Shown one piece after another: positions 1 to 14,869 of a stretch of DNA of 64,000 nucleotides. Origin of the DNA: Camelus dromedarius (lineage: Eukaryota); assembly GCF_036321535.1 (NCBI RefSeq), contig NC_087436.1:58716001-58780000 (forward strand), given 5' to 3'. How positions within the stretch are numbered: the first letter of the stretch is position 1; each line of letters begins with the position of its first letter. A program made the translations under genes and the position numbers. The notes beneath the pieces were generated by a model, which saw nothing but the letters and a program-made list of their open reading frames with translations, had not been told where the DNA came from and did not search any database.

Positions 1-1067
1 ATTTGATTTTTTTAAAGATCATATAGCTCTTCATAGCCTGTTTTGACACTTCAGAAAAAAAAGAATTGTTTCAAAGCTTCCTTGTCTATAATAGGAGGTA
101 GAAAATTAAGCACCAGATGAAACAATTGAAACATTTTTATCTGTTTCCATTTCTTTTTCTCACAAATAATGCTTGAAATTAAAGGCATAGATAAGTAAAG
201 TAAGACCAATTTGTTTTTATACTATTAAAGGCTTAGAAATTAAGAGGTAAATTATTTCTTTAGTGCCTGAACTGTATCAGGAGAAAAACTTCATGTGAGA
301 AATTTAACAGAAATATACAATGAAATAATCATATCTTATTTTGAAAATATCTTTAAAATATTTTACTCAGCAAAACCCATGACACTGAAGAAATGAAAGT
401 ATTTTAGTTTTTTCCTTTAGAAAATTATTATTTTTTCTACCTTTAATTTCTATCTCAGTGAAGCAAGCTAATATCTCAGAAACTAATTTATAGTTAAAAT
501 ATGGTTATTCATATTCTTTCTCAGTTTTCTGATTTAAAAAAAATTGAGTTATTATTAGAACACTTGACATCAACTAGAATCAAAATAAGATTCAATTCCT
601 TTCATGTAAGCATTATAAATATTATTTTTAAACCTGGGCACAGTAACAACTTCTTGACTGAATTAAGTAGCTTCTTAGATCATAACTCATTTACTATATA
701 CCTCAATACATCACAAAGTTAATGATTCTGAAAGATTTAAGGCATGTGGCAAGGATGAAAGTCATTATCAGTGATTTTCTTTATTTTGCTCTCAAATGTC
801 AAAGCATAATTGTCAAAAATTTAAAACATGATTTATATAAATATAGAATGATCACTATTCAAAGATTTTATTCAACACATAAATAAGAAAACCAGAAATA
901 TGAAATAGCTGTCCAAATTAGAAATAGAAGAACAAAGATATTATATAGTATAAAGTTGAAATAAGTTTAATGAGATAGTTAACATCCTATAGGACAATAA
1001 AATTGTACCCTTTTGGGGGATATTTACTAGAAAAAAGAAATGTCATCCAGACAGTTTCAAAAAGTTA

Positions 1068-1210
1068 GGGGGGAGGGTATAGCTCAAGTGGTAGTGTGCA
1101 TGCTTAGCATGCATGAGATCCTGGGTTCAATCCCCAATACCTCCATCAAAAAACTAAATAAAGAAATAAACCTAATTATCCATCCCCTTGCAAAAAAAAA
1201 AAAAAAAAAA
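1068..1210 (+). mobile_element. tRNA-derived SINE (camelid Vic-1-like)
   Basis: GGGGAGGGTATAGCTCAAGTGGT head (A box), GGTTCAATCCC (B box), A-rich body and poly(A) tail. Near-identical heads occur at 13043 and 19877. Confidence 0.88.
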
Positions 1211-1579
1211 TGTAGCATATAACTACAAAGAGCCTGAGGGCTTAAATTCATAATAATTAGCTAAGTCAAACGAAAATACATTCCCCTGGATATTAATTAT
1301 CTTTGGGTGATTTTGTTAAACAATGTACCATATTGAAATCATATGATGAAACATGATTATGCCAGCTTCCAAGTTTTAGATAATTTTTCTTAATGCTAAC
1401 TCCCAAACCACGGCTTAAAATATGATTAAACATGAATTCTGACTATATGTGTATATATGTAGATTTAAGTTAAAAAAAAGGAGAAAACACTTAATTCTCA
1501 ATATTTTAATCTGAGGGAAACAGTGGTTGCAGGTAAATTCATTCATTGAAAATTAAAGACTTGCTTAAAAAATGACATA

Positions 1580-2020
1580 ACGCTTTTAATGTGCTGTTCA
1601 ACTTCTAGTATTTTATTCAGAATTTTTGCATTTCTGCTCATCAAGGATATTGGCCTGTAGTTTTCTTTTCTTGTGATATCTTTTTCTGGTTTTGATATCA
1701 AGGTGATGCTGGCTTCATAAAGTGAGTTTGGAATTGTTCTATGCTTTGGAAGACTTTAAAGATTGATATTAATTTTTCTTTGAATGTTTGACAGAATTCA
1801 CTGGTGAAGCCATCTGGTATTGGGTTTTTCCATGTTAAAAGGCTTTTCATTACTCATTCAGTCTCCTTATTTGATAATTGTCTGTTCAAGCTTTCTATTT
1901 CTTCTTTACTCAGTTTTGATATGTTATATGTTTTGGGAAATTGATCTATTTCTGCTAGATTTAACAGTTTGTTGGTGTATCATTGCTTATAATACTCGCT
2001 TTTTTTTTTTTTTAAATTTC
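1580..2020 (-). mobile_element. L1 ORF2 fragment, inverted relative to the adjacent plus-strand L1
   Basis: Reverse complement reads as L1 ORF2 (...ccagatggcttcaccagtgaattc...gaagccagcatcaccttgatatcaaaaccag...aactacaggccaatatccttgatg...). Confidence 0.85.
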
Positions 2021-2630
2021 TGAGGCATTCCTTATAATGTAATGTCTGGTACAAGGAAAGGATAGGCAGTTTCATCATTTCTATTCAACATATTCTTGGA
2101 AGTCCTAGCCAGAACAATTAGAAAAGGAAAAAGAAACAAAAGTCATTCAAACGGCAAAAGAAGTAAAGTGATCTCTGTTTGCAGATTATGTGATCATATA
2201 CATAGAAAACCTCAGATTCAACAAAAGTCTGTTAGAATTAATAAAGAGAATTTAATAAAGTTGAAGGGTACAAAATCAACATACAATGATCAGTAGCATT
2301 TCTGTAAACAGGCAATGCACTATCTGAAATGGAAAAATTAAGAAAATAATCCCATGTACAACAGCAACAATGAGAACAAAATACTTAGGAATAAACTCAG
2401 GCAAAGTGGTGAAATGTTGTCCATTAAAAATTATAGAATATTAATGAAGGAAATTTAGATGCAGAAAAATAGAAAGACATCTTGTGTCTATGGATTAGAA
2501 GAATTAATATTGTTGAAATGTCCATATGACCCAAAATGATCTACAGATTCAAAGCAATCCTTATGAAATTTCAATGACATTCTTCACAGAAATAGAAAAA
2601 AAATCTTAAAATGTATGTGGATCAACAGAA
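2021..2630 (+). mobile_element. L1 ORF2 (RT region) fragment, degenerate
   Basis: ctattcaacatattcttggaagtcctagccagaacaattag (LEVLARTIR) and tttgcagattatgtgatc (decayed FADD motif), with multiple stops. Confidence 0.88.
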
Positions 2631-2631
2631 A

Positions 2632-2716
2632 TGTTGTATCTTTTCAAATTAGAGTTTTCTCTGGAAATATGCCCAGGAATGCGATTGCTTGGTCATATGG
2701 TAACTCTATTTTTAGT
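2632..2716 (-). mobile_element. short L1 3'-region fragment
   Basis: Diverged copy of the L1 segment at about 3297-3385 (tgtatcttttcaaatt...tcatat...tctatttttagttttt). Confidence 0.75.
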
Positions 2717-3975
<1,259 letters not shown>

Positions 3976-5142
3976 AGGATGTTTCAACATATGCAAATCA
4001 ATCAATGTGATAAACCACACGAACAAAAGAAAAGACAAAAGACACATGATCATCTCAATAGATGCAGAAAACACATTTGATAAAATTCAACATCTACTCA
4101 TGATAAAAGCTCTTACCAAAGTGGATATAGAGGGAACATATCTCAATACAATAAAAGCTATTTATGACAAACCCACAGCCAACATAATACTCAATTATGA
4201 AAAGTTGAAAGCTTTCCTTCTAAACTCTGGAGCAAGACAAGGATGCCCACCCTCACCACTTCTATTCAACATAGTATTAGAAGTCCTAGCCACAGCAATA
4301 AGACAAGAAAAATAAATAAAAGGGATCCAAATTGGAAGAGAAGAGGTAAAGTTGTTGCTATATGCAGATGACATGATATTATATAAAGAAAACTCTTAAG
4401 ACTCCACACAAAAATTACTAGAACTGATAAACAAATTCAGCAAGGTAGCAAGATACAAGATTAACATACAGAAGTCTGTTGCATTTCTTTACACTAACAA
4501 TGAAATATCAGAAAAGAAAAGTGAAAAAAAAAAATCCCATCTAAAATCACATCAAAAAATACTTAGGAATATACCTGACCAAGGAGGTGAAAGACTTATA
4601 CTATGATAACTATAAAACACTGATAAAGGAAGTTAAAGGTGATTTAAAGAAATGCAAAGCTATCCCATGATCTTGGATTAGAAGAATGAATATTGTTTAA
4701 AAGGCCACACTATCCAAAGCAATCTACAGATTTGATGCAATTCCTATCAAATTATCTGGGACATTTTTCACAGAACTAGAACAAATAAGCCTAAAACTTA
4801 TATGGAATCATGAAAGACCCAGAATTGCCAAAGCAATACTGAGGAAAAAGAACAAAAGTGTACACATAACACTCAAAGTTTTCAGACATTACTACAGTGC
4901 TACAGTAATCAAGACAGCATGGCATTGTTACAAAAATAGACATATAGATCTATGGAACAGAATAGAGAGCTCAGAAATAAACCACCCACTTATGGTCAAT
5001 TAATCTTCAACAAAGGAGGCAAGGATATATGGTGGAGTAAAGGCAGTCTTTTGATAAGTGGTATTTGGAAAGCTGGAAAGCCGCATGTAAATCAATGAAA
5101 GTAGAACCCTCCCTCACACCATATACAAAAATTAACTCAAAT
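3976..5142 (+). mobile_element. L1 ORF2 RT segment, inverted 5' part of the 2717-3975 element
   Basis: ORF 4007-4315 ([15 protein letters not shown]...[22 protein letters not shown]) and tatgcagatgacatg (YADD) near 4361-4375. It ends at aattaactcaaa, where the minus segment begins. Confidence 0.93.
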
Positions 5143-5720
5143 AACCTGAATAAAAATAAAAAGAGGACCTGAGTAAACATTTGTCGAAAGAAGACATACA
5201 AATGCCCAACAGGCATATGAAAAGGTGTTCTACATCACTAATGAGAGAAATGCAAATCAAAACCACAATGAGATATCATCTCTTACCTGCTAGAATGGCT
5301 ATTATTGAAAAGATAAAAGATAAGAAGTATTTGCAAGGATTTGGAAAAAAGCACTTTGGGAACTTGAAATGGTGCAGCCATTATGGAAGACAGTATGAAA
5401 CTCCCTCAAAAATTAAGAACAGAACTAGCACATAATTCAGCAATCCCACTTCTGGGTAAATATCCAAGAGAAATGAAATCTGCGTGTTTCACTCCCATGT
5501 TGATTGCAGCAGTATTCATAATAGTCAAGAAGTGGAAACAACGTAAGTGTTCACTGATGGATGAATGGATAAAGAAAATGCAGTTTAAAGGGATAAAATG
5601 GAACATTATTCAGCCTTAAAAAAGACAGAAATCCTGTCATGTGCAGCAACTTGTATTAACCTGAAGGGCATTATGCCATGTGAAATGAGTCAGGCAGAAA
5701 AACAAATGGTGCATGATTAA
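5143..5720 (+). mobile_element. older L1 ORF2 C-terminus/3' UTR fragment
   Basis: ORFs 5181-5435 ([19 protein letters not shown]...TTMRYHL) and 5383-5619 ([10 protein letters not shown]...DEWIKKM) are frameshifted L1 ORF2 C-terminal sequence. Confidence 0.88.
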
Positions 5721-6690
5721 TTTATTGCCCATCTGTCCTTGAATACTGTCTACATTATCCATTAGGGCCCTTAGTATATCGATCATAGCTGTTTTAAGTT
5801 CCTGGTCTGATAATTCCAATATCCTGGATATGTCTGGTACTGATACTTGCTCTGTCTGTTCAAACTGTGTTTTTTGCCTTTTGATGTACCTTGTAATTCT
5901 TTTTAATAGTTGGGCATGTTGTACTGGGTAAAAAGAACTGTTGCAAATAGACCTCAATAATGTGGTGGTGAGGTGTGTGTTGAGGGTAAGGTAAGCATTC
6001 TGTAGTCTCATGATTAGGTTTCAATCTTTTAGTGAATCTATGCCCCTGGACTGTGAATTTCATAATATTTCTAGGGTTTTTTTCCTTCTTAGGTGGGACA
6101 AGATGGCCAGAGTTGACTGAATTTGGGTACTTCCTGTCCCCAGTATCAGTTAGATTCTGATAATACACTAGTCAGTTAGGCCTTGGATAACTAGTTTCTT
6201 TGAGGCCAGGCCATGGTAAGAACTGACTGCACTGGTGTATTTCAAAATTTTATCTTTTCTTCTCCCCACTGTTCTAGAAGCCAGAGATTTTCCTCTGGCA
6301 TTTTCTGTAGGAACGTAGTTAAGTTCTTGGAGATAAACCCACAATTTTGTGGGGGCTCCCGATGACTGGGTTCCCTTCGCAATTTTAACTCTCAGAGTTA
6401 TCCACGTGAGCCTCCAGAAATTCCTTAATTACACCTCAGGTTTTCCTATCCACGCACTGCTTCCTTGAGTCAGTTTCTACTCCTCGGTCTCTGCTCCAAT
6501 AAGCTGAGTCTCCCTCTTTTTGCCTATCTCTCCAATGTTGGGGGCAGTGGTTTATCCTGTGTCTTCTCATCTCTTATAGATCCAAGAAGAGTTTTTAATT
6601 TTTCAATCTGTTCAGGTTTTACTTGCTTAGGGTGTAGTGGTGACCTCCAAGCTTCTTACATGAGGATCTGGAAACTGAAGTCCTTCCCAT
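5721..6690 (-). mobile_element. old L1M-type 5' end/ORF1 start fragment
   Basis: Minus ORF 5637-6011 (...RILELSDQELKTAMIDILRALMD...) resembles the N-terminal ORF1 of ancient L1M families. Confidence 0.7.
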
Positions 6691-9600
6691 TCTTTTTTGT
6701 TAATCATTGCTTTGTGGATAGTCAGTGATATTTGGTATGGGAGCTATTTGAAAAGTTCTTTCCCAGTCCAAAGAAATTTTAGAGGATAATGCTGTTTTTG
6801 TCCTTGACGTGACTTTGTACACCCTCAACCCTGAACAGCAGTCCTTTGGTTATGGGCAGTAAAGCCTCAGGATAAAAGCCCGGTTGCTCAGGATGGCACA
6901 TTAGAAAGATGTACATAAGGATCTGAGGATCAGAGTTCTTGATGAATTTCTTGAATTTTTCTTATGAAATGATATCTCTTGTTTATGTCAAGTTAGTGTC
7001 TGTTACTTGTAAGTACAAATATTCCAATTGATGTCATGAATTAAAAAATAAAATAGAAAATATGCTTATAGATAAAATATGATAAATTATTATTTAATGA
7101 ATAATAATAAGCATAATAAAAGTGAATGTATCGTAAAAATTTTTTTCCACTTGATTTTTCTTTCGCAAAAGAAAGGCAGTTATTTGGCTAGGAGTACTGA
7201 GCAAAAAAAAAAAAAATGCAGATGGAAGAGCCATTCTTTGGAGTTATCATCAATTAATCTGGATAAATCATGTCAACAAGTCTCATTCATTATTTAATTA
7301 AATGTTAGCAGATTATTCTTCTTGCCTAAACCAGATAACTGCCTGCTGTTTTACTTTCTTTTGTTGCATTTTCCCCACTAAGCAGTTGGGAAACTTCAGG
7401 CCTTGGCCTGTGTTTCAGTTCTTTATTTCTCTTTGTTAAAGTGGAGACTTGACCTTCACCTCTGTTTCTAAATGAAGCATTGTTTCTTTCTTTCCATGGC
7501 TATTGACCGTGATTTTACTTGCTGGCAGGAAATGCAGCCCTAGGAGGAGAGGGATGGACAAAAGTGAGACTGAGCAGACTCCGGAGCAATGCGTCTAAGT
7601 GCCAGGGAAAGCTCGTACTAAGTATGGTTGCTGTGGCTTCTGGATACTTATTCAGTGTTCTCTTATCAAAATAAGAACTCACTAATGCTTGGTTTATAAA
7701 ATGTGATAAGTTCACAGCATTTTGTTCTAGAACAAGAAAACTTTCTTCTCTCTGTACGGAATAGGTTGTCATTGTCATCCTCAGATAAATGTTTAAAATA
7801 TCTCCAACTCCAGTGAAATTTATACCAAGTGATTAATCTACAATCTTAAGTATTCATCGTATTATTTTGATTGCTAAAGCAATTTCTTTCTTTTAGTTAC
7901 ATTTTGCTTTTTAAAGAAGCTAAGGCTAGGTTTTTTCCATTATATTAAGTACATTGTAATTTATATTTAGTAAAAGGTAACTGGAGGAACATTATTTTGA
8001 CTGTTGTATTTATTAAGTAATATTACATTAATGTAGACTTACTGTTTAAATTACATTGGGGAAAGATTGGGTGGTTTGTGATTTAGAGATGTTTAATTTC
8101 TAATAATGGAAAGACTTGAAGAGAGGAGGTTTTAACACATTTATCTGCATGTATCCTCTTGTTAGCTGTGGTGAAATATTAGAACAACAGGACCCATGTA
8201 ATTATTTAAATGTATGATCATAAATCATTTGGAACAGAGCAGCATCTGGCAGGCTAAGCATCAAGTAAGGAATTATTTTTATTTGGGAGTGATTCGTTTT
8301 AACAAGAAGGTAAATGGAAGCTACTCTAGAGAACAGTAGGATCACCTATTCATCTACGGAAGGATCCAATATTCTCTCTGGAGGAGGCTTGCAGAGACAC
8401 AGGTTTGAGAATTTCACAAGACCAATATAAACATATTTTAGGGTTCTTGATTTCTTTTGCTAATCTGACATTTAATAATTAAATCATTTTTACCCTTTTA
8501 TATTTCTTTCAAAAAAACTCCCATACAGTGGTTTTTAATTAACAATGATAATGGTGTCAATAAGACATAAATTTTGCATGAATATCTAACTTCAAGAAAA
8601 ATCACATTTTAATAAATAAAATGCAACACTTGTCCAATAAATCTCTAAGCAGAAATGCTTGTGGATGCAAAAATTGTGGTATTGAGCTATATTTATTTTA
8701 ATATTGTGATAAAATTAATAAAAATGTTCAAAAGGAAGACAGAAAATTCCATGAATGTATAGAGGCAAAGTTTCTAAATAGAGATAAGCATGAATATTCA
8801 AACCCATGAAGTACAAAGTTATTTTTCATGTAAAGGTCTGAGGCATGGAATAATAATCTGTCCTGGGTCACAGTGGGGTTGGACCATCAACCCTGAATCT
8901 TTCTATTCTACCAGATGATTTACAACTGAGTTCTACAAGAAGTGTCAGGTCATAGAAAGAAGACTTCTTCCTTAAACATCAATGAATTTTCAATTGCTCT
9001 TGTACTACTACTGTTTTATATACTGCTGTTGAAATGCTAGTCCAAACAAAAATATGTATTATTTTTCCATGTGAAATTCCTATTTTATTTCTTTCTCCAA
9101 AGTGGGATTTATTGCATCTGCTCTGGCCAAAGTCCAGAAGAACAGCCACAGAACACTTCAGGAGAATCCACTCAGTGTAACAGAGATACACTTGGAGAAG
9201 AATGGTAAAATGGAGAAAGATGCCTAGTCACTGATTGGAAGTTAAGAAACTGTGCTCTGTTATTTTGTCTGCAGCCTTCTCATAATGTGTGTGCATATGC
9301 ATGCATGTGTGCAAGTGTATATGGTTCTTTAAGATAATAGTGGAATTAGAAGAATCATACTTTAGGACGGGACACAGGTGACAGTAGGCACAGAGAGAGG
9401 TGATGTAAGTGAACTATAGCAATATCTAACTAGTTTAAATTACTTCAGTGATGATATTGGGACAGGAAGAACAAATTTAATTAATTTTGAACTTTTTTTT
9501 TACTTACTAGCTTTTTGGACAGCTGACTTAACTGCTTTATAATTCATTTATAATTAATTAATTAACATGGGCATAAAACTACCTTTCACACAATGCCTTT

Positions 9601-11399
9601 GATAGTTTTTGTAGGTAAATAATTCCTTGTAGTGTTGGGACTTGTTCTGCAATTGGATTGATATGTAGTGTTTGATAAATAGAGGAGGATATTTGAGGTG
9701 GAGAAATGATTAATACAAAGGCACAGAGAAAGAAAATACGAATTTGATTGAAGCATAAAGCTTATAAAGGGAACAAAAGTTTAAAATGCGCTTTGGGGCA
9801 GATAGTGGGATGTTTTTTAGAGATTAGGCTCTCTACAGGTATCTAACTGGTTGCTAGACTTGTTGAGACATGAAATGACTGATTTAACTGGAAGCAATAT
9901 GCCTGGTAGAAAAGAGGAAAAAATTCTAAAGGAGCGTGGAGTCCAAATACTAGGCTGTTGCAGAGGTGCATGCAGTACTGGACTGCAAGTTTTGACTCAG
10001 CGTCTTTTGGACAGAATTTAGTCTCTTAAGATCTCAGCTTCTTCCTCTGCAAAGCAAGGCTATTTAGAGCAGATGAATCATAATTCTTTATGATTTCTAA
10101 AATACTAAGACTATGACTTCTGCAAAATATGGACTTGAATTTGAGTAGTGGCCATCCAAAGAGAGTAGAAGATAAGAATACAAAACAAACAAATTAAAAA
10201 AAAAAGCAAATCAACAAACAAAAACACCAAAAAAAAAAAAAAAAAAACCAAACCCAAAATACAAACCGACATTGCAACAAAAGATGAACTTGGTTACTTA
10301 CTTAGTACATGTTTTTATCATCTTACAAGATAATTCACAAAAAAAGAATTAGCTATTAAATTATTGTAATTACTAAATATACTTACTTCCAATATATTCA
10401 CTTTTTCTTTTTTTCTCTCTTTTCTTCTTCTTTTTTAATATCACATTCCTTCTATAACATTTGTTCTAAACTAAAAACCAATTTTGGAAAAATCTAAAAG
10501 TTTGCCTTTGGGCTGTGACTAGTAATACAGGAGAATTTTTTCAGAAGTTTATGAGAGAGTGAAAGTACATCCTTACCTAGTACCTTTGGGGATTTCAAAC
10601 AATATAAAATAATGCTATAAAGAAAAGCACAAGAAGTATTTATAAAAGTTATAGAATATCATCTTTGAGGAAGGATGATTCATAATCTTATCACACTTTC
10701 TGTTTTCAAACAAATTATTTCTTATTCCAAATTTGCATAACCTAAAGATGATTGTATGCTTCTGTATAACAGCTTTAAATGTAAACTCAGCCAAGGAAAA
10801 CATATATCCCCTTTACTAAGTGTAGCATTTCTTATAGTTAGAATAATTTCTGTGAAGGATTATCAGATAGTAAGTATACAGGATTTTATTTTCTTCAATA
10901 AAAAATATAGAGACTGAATGAAGTAAGTATGAAATGCATAAGTTAGTAAAGGATGAAGTCCAATTAAAAAAACATGGAAGAGTCGTATCTTCTATCTATG
11001 CTCAGAGAGGAAAATATAAAGGAAGATGTCTGAGTGGAAGAACGGTAGCTTCTGTTGCCATCACCAGCACCTGTGAGGACAAGCCCGTGGTACACAGAAC
11101 TGCTCTTTCAAGACTCTATCCTTAGAAACAAGTAGGTTCTTTAATATGTAGTGTTTCATCATGTCTCCATTTCTAACTTAAAATGGGCTGAAACTTAAGA
11201 TAGCTGTGGCTGATTAAAGCTCTACTCTAGTGCACTGCTCCATACCTCTGACTTTTTGTCTAATTTTGAGAAAGTATTGTTTGTCTTTCTTATTTTTCCT
11301 CCTTCACGCTCTCCCTCCTTTACTGGTTCACTCTGGTCATATTAACCTTAGATATGACTTGCAATTGGGGTGTTTTCTAAAATTGTGGAATTCAGTGTT

Positions 11400-11530
11400 A
11401 TCATTTTTTTGCATTAATAGATATTTACTGAGTTCCTGCCATGTACCAACCACTGTCTAGATGTTAAAGATACAGAGAGAAAAGAAAGAAGGGGGCTCTG
11501 CTCTCAGCAAGTCTAACATTCATTGTAAAG
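11400..11530 (-). mobile_element. L2 3' end fragment
   Basis: atatttactgagttcctgccatgtaccaaccactgtctagatgttaaagatacag matches the antisense L2 3' end pattern. Confidence 0.7.
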
Positions 11531-12419
11531 GATGACACTGATTCCAAGGAGGATTTTTTTGATAAAAGTACAAAATCATGTATTAAATAGAATCAAAATT
11601 AGCTGGTAAGGTGTTATTATCTTAAAAATAAGTTAAAGCAAAAAAGAAAAATACTTTACACCAAAATGTCTCTGGTTAATGACAGAAATAAAGTGTTTAC
11701 CTGCTACATGTCTGCCCAAAGAAATGTGTATATATGTATAAAATGAAAACAGGAAAAACAATAAAATAATGTAATTTAGAAAATTGTCAACAGAAAACAG
11801 TGCACACATAAAAACTCCTTCCTCTCTTTCCTTGCCCTTTGTTCCAAACATCCTTCCTTCCTCTTCAGTTTTACTACCCTGCCCTTCTTTCATTCCTCGT
11901 TTATTTCCACTTCATTTCAAAAAGTGCTTGAGAAGAGTCCACAAACATAGGTTTCTATAGAGTTAAACTGGATAAATGAAGATATTTAATTCTTATTATA
12001 TTCTAATCATTAATATATTGGATGGTCATTCATAAATTCAACAGTGCAGCCTTGCACAATCCCATCTTCGAGTGAGAAGCAAATACTTGTTATCAGTTAA
12101 TTTGTCTTTTATCCTTACAGGATCCCTATTACAAATACAGTGTCATGTTTCATATGACTAAATCTTGTATCATTCCTCAATTTAGACCAATGGCAGTTTG
12201 CCAAAACATCTTCCTCTTAGTCCCCACCTACCTTTAAATTTGGAATTATGAATGGATGGAACTATGGATTTGGAATAAATAAATGGAATTATGGGCCCTC
12301 TGCTAAGAATGAAGATAAATGAGAGGTGTAAAATATTTTTTTAAAGTTTGAAGACCTTGAAAAGTTGAAGTGATTTTTTTTTTCATTTTACACTGCTTTT
12401 CTTCCAAGGAAAATTTTTT

Positions 12420-13648
12420 TCTTTACTCCCCCCAATTTTACTGAGGATTAGTTAACACATTTAGTTCTGTATATTTAAAGTGCACAATGTAATGGTTTGG
12501 TGTATATACATTGTAGAATGATTACCAAGATCAAGATAATTAACAGACCCATCACCTCATATAGTTAACTGTTTTTTTGCATGTGTAATAAGAATGCTTA
12601 AGACTTATGCTTAGATCTATATAAATACTATATTATTAGCTATAGTCACTGTGCTGTACTTTAGAGCTTCAGAACTTATTCTTATAATTAAAAGTTTGTA
12701 GTCTTTCCACTACATCTGCCTATTTCTCCCCTTCCATAGACCCTGCCAACCACCATTTTATTCTGTTTCTATATAATCAACTTTTCTTTTTAGATTTCAC
12801 ATATAAGTCTTACCATACAGTATCTTTCTCTTTCCGGCTTATTTCATTAGCATAATGCTGTGCGGTTTCATGCATATTGTTGCAAATGGCAGACTGTCCT
12901 TTTTTGTGACTGAATAATATTCCATTGTATGCATGTCTGTATAGCACATTTTATTTGTCAGTTCATCCATCAAAGAACTTTTAGATTGTTTCCATATCTT
13001 GGCTAATGTGAATAATGGTGCAATGAAAATGGGTGTGAAGAAGGGGTGAGGGTATAGCTCAAGTGGTAGAGCACATGCTTAGCATTCATGAGGTCCTGGG
13101 TTCAGTCACCAGCACCTCCTTTAAAAAAATAAATGAACCTAATTACCTCCCCCCAAAAATAAAAAAAAAATTAAACAATATAATAATAAGTAAAAAAAAA
13201 AAAAAAAAAGAAAATGGGTATGAAGACATATCTTTTCAGATATTGATTTCACTTCTTTGGATATATACCCAGGTTTAGGACTGCTAGATCATATGGCAGT
13301 TCTATTTCTAATTTTTTGAGGAACTACCATACTATTTTCCATAATGGTTGTACCAATTTACATTCCCATCAACAGTGTATGAAAGTTTCCTTTTTTCCAT
13401 ATCCTTGTCAATGTTTATTTTTTCTTGTCTTTTTGATAATGGCCATCCTAACGTTGTGAAATTATGTCTTATTTTGGTTATGATTTGTATTTCTCTAGTG
13501 ATTAGTGATATTGAGGACCTTTTCATATACCTATTGGCCATTTGAATGTCTTCTTTGAAAAATATCTATTCTGGTACTTTTCATATTTTAAATTGGATGA
13601 TTTGCTTTTTTGCTATTGAGTTGTATAAGTTTTTATATATTTTGATTT
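12420..13648 (-). mobile_element. L1 3' end (L1MA-like), interrupted by a SINE
   Basis: Antisense 3' UTR and ORF 13332-13541 (MANRYMKRSSISLITREIQI...YTVDGNVNWYNHYGK). Confidence 0.88.
13043..13209 (+). mobile_element. tRNA-derived SINE (Vic-1-like) with 17-bp TSD
   Basis: A and B boxes and a poly(A) tail. Flanked by gaaaatgggtgtgaaga (13025-13041) and gaaaatgggtatgaaga (13210-13226), 1 mismatch. Confidence 0.93.
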
Positions 13649-14208
13649 TAAGCAATATAGCAAAGCTATAGTAATCAAATAGTATTGCACTGACATAAAA
13701 ACAGGCACAAAGACTGGTGAATAAGAAAAGAGAGTCCAGACATAAATGCATGCATGTGCAGTCAATTAAATTTTTTAATTGAGTTATGATCAATTAGTTT
13801 TTGACAAGTGTGCCAAAGCACACCATGGGGAAAAGATGGTTTCTTCAGTAAGTGGTGTTGGGAAAACTGGATATCCACAAGAAAAAGAATGAAACTGGAT
13901 CTTACACTATCTTGTTCATCTCACAAAGGATTAACTTGGAATGGATCAAAATCTTAAATGTAAAAACTGAAACAGTAAAACTCTTAGGAGAAAACATGGA
14001 GAAAAAGATACTTGACATTGGTCATGGCAAAGATTTCTTGGATAAGATACCAAAAAACTCAGGCAACAAAAGCTAAAATAAACAGGTGGGGCTGTATCAA
14101 CCTGGAGAGCTTTGCATAGCAAAGTAAACATTCAATAAATTGAAAAGGCAACTAACAGAATGAGAAACTATTTGCAAAACATGTATCTGACAAGGGGTTA
14201 ATATTCAA
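13649..14208 (+). mobile_element. L1 ORF2 segment, inverted 5' part of the 12420-13648 element
   Basis: aaagctatagtaatcaaa...tggtgttgggaaaactggata...tctgacaaggggttaatattcaa. It ends where the minus segment starts in L1 coordinates. Confidence 0.87.
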
Positions 14209-14869
14209 GGGCAAATTTCAATTCATAAGTGACATGTGTAGAGAGGAAAGAAGCCAAGCAAAGAGTAGATACTAAGAAACAGAGAAGCTGAAGATCTTTT
14301 TGTAGTCTCACTGGACTGAAAAGATAAAAATTGGAAAATTCAGTTAGGACTAATATCCTGAAGAGTAGCACACAGTAAGCCCAACATAGAGAACATATAT
14401 CTATATATTAAAAAAGATATATATATAGATATTTCTTTTTTTTCCCCCTTTAAGTGTTTTGCCCTGCTGGGTGGAACTGGCTGGGAGGTAGGAAAGGCAA
14501 ACAGAAAGCTGTTGATAAAATTCTGAATAGCTAAGTAGAGTTGTTGGGGTCTCATGGTACTACTGTGAAGAGAAAAATGGGCGTTTGAAACCTGACAATA
14601 AATGGTCTAACTAAACAGCCGATGAATTTATTCAGGAAACTGAAGTTCAAATGTTAAAAGTAGGGGATAATTGGAGATTTGGAGGCCCCCATAGAGACTC
14701 AAAATCACCTGTGAATCAGTTCAGTTCCTGATTGGATTAAGGTTCTAAGTTCTTCCTCCAACTATCTACCAGAACCAAACAAACAAACCAACAAAAATGT
14801 TCTGGGGAATATCACATCAAAGAACTTCACATCTTTTCATGCACAATTTCTGTGATTCAATTAAAAGCA

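Noticed and set aside
1068..1145. tRNA gene (also at 13043 and 19877)
   Set aside because: The tRNA-like heads run into A-rich bodies and tails, two have TSDs, and the copies are diverged. They are SINEs, not tRNA genes.
4007..4315. Reverse-transcriptase-like ORF as a functional gene or novel RT system
   Set aside because: It is an L1 ORF2 fragment with stops and frameshifts, in a truncated, inverted copy.
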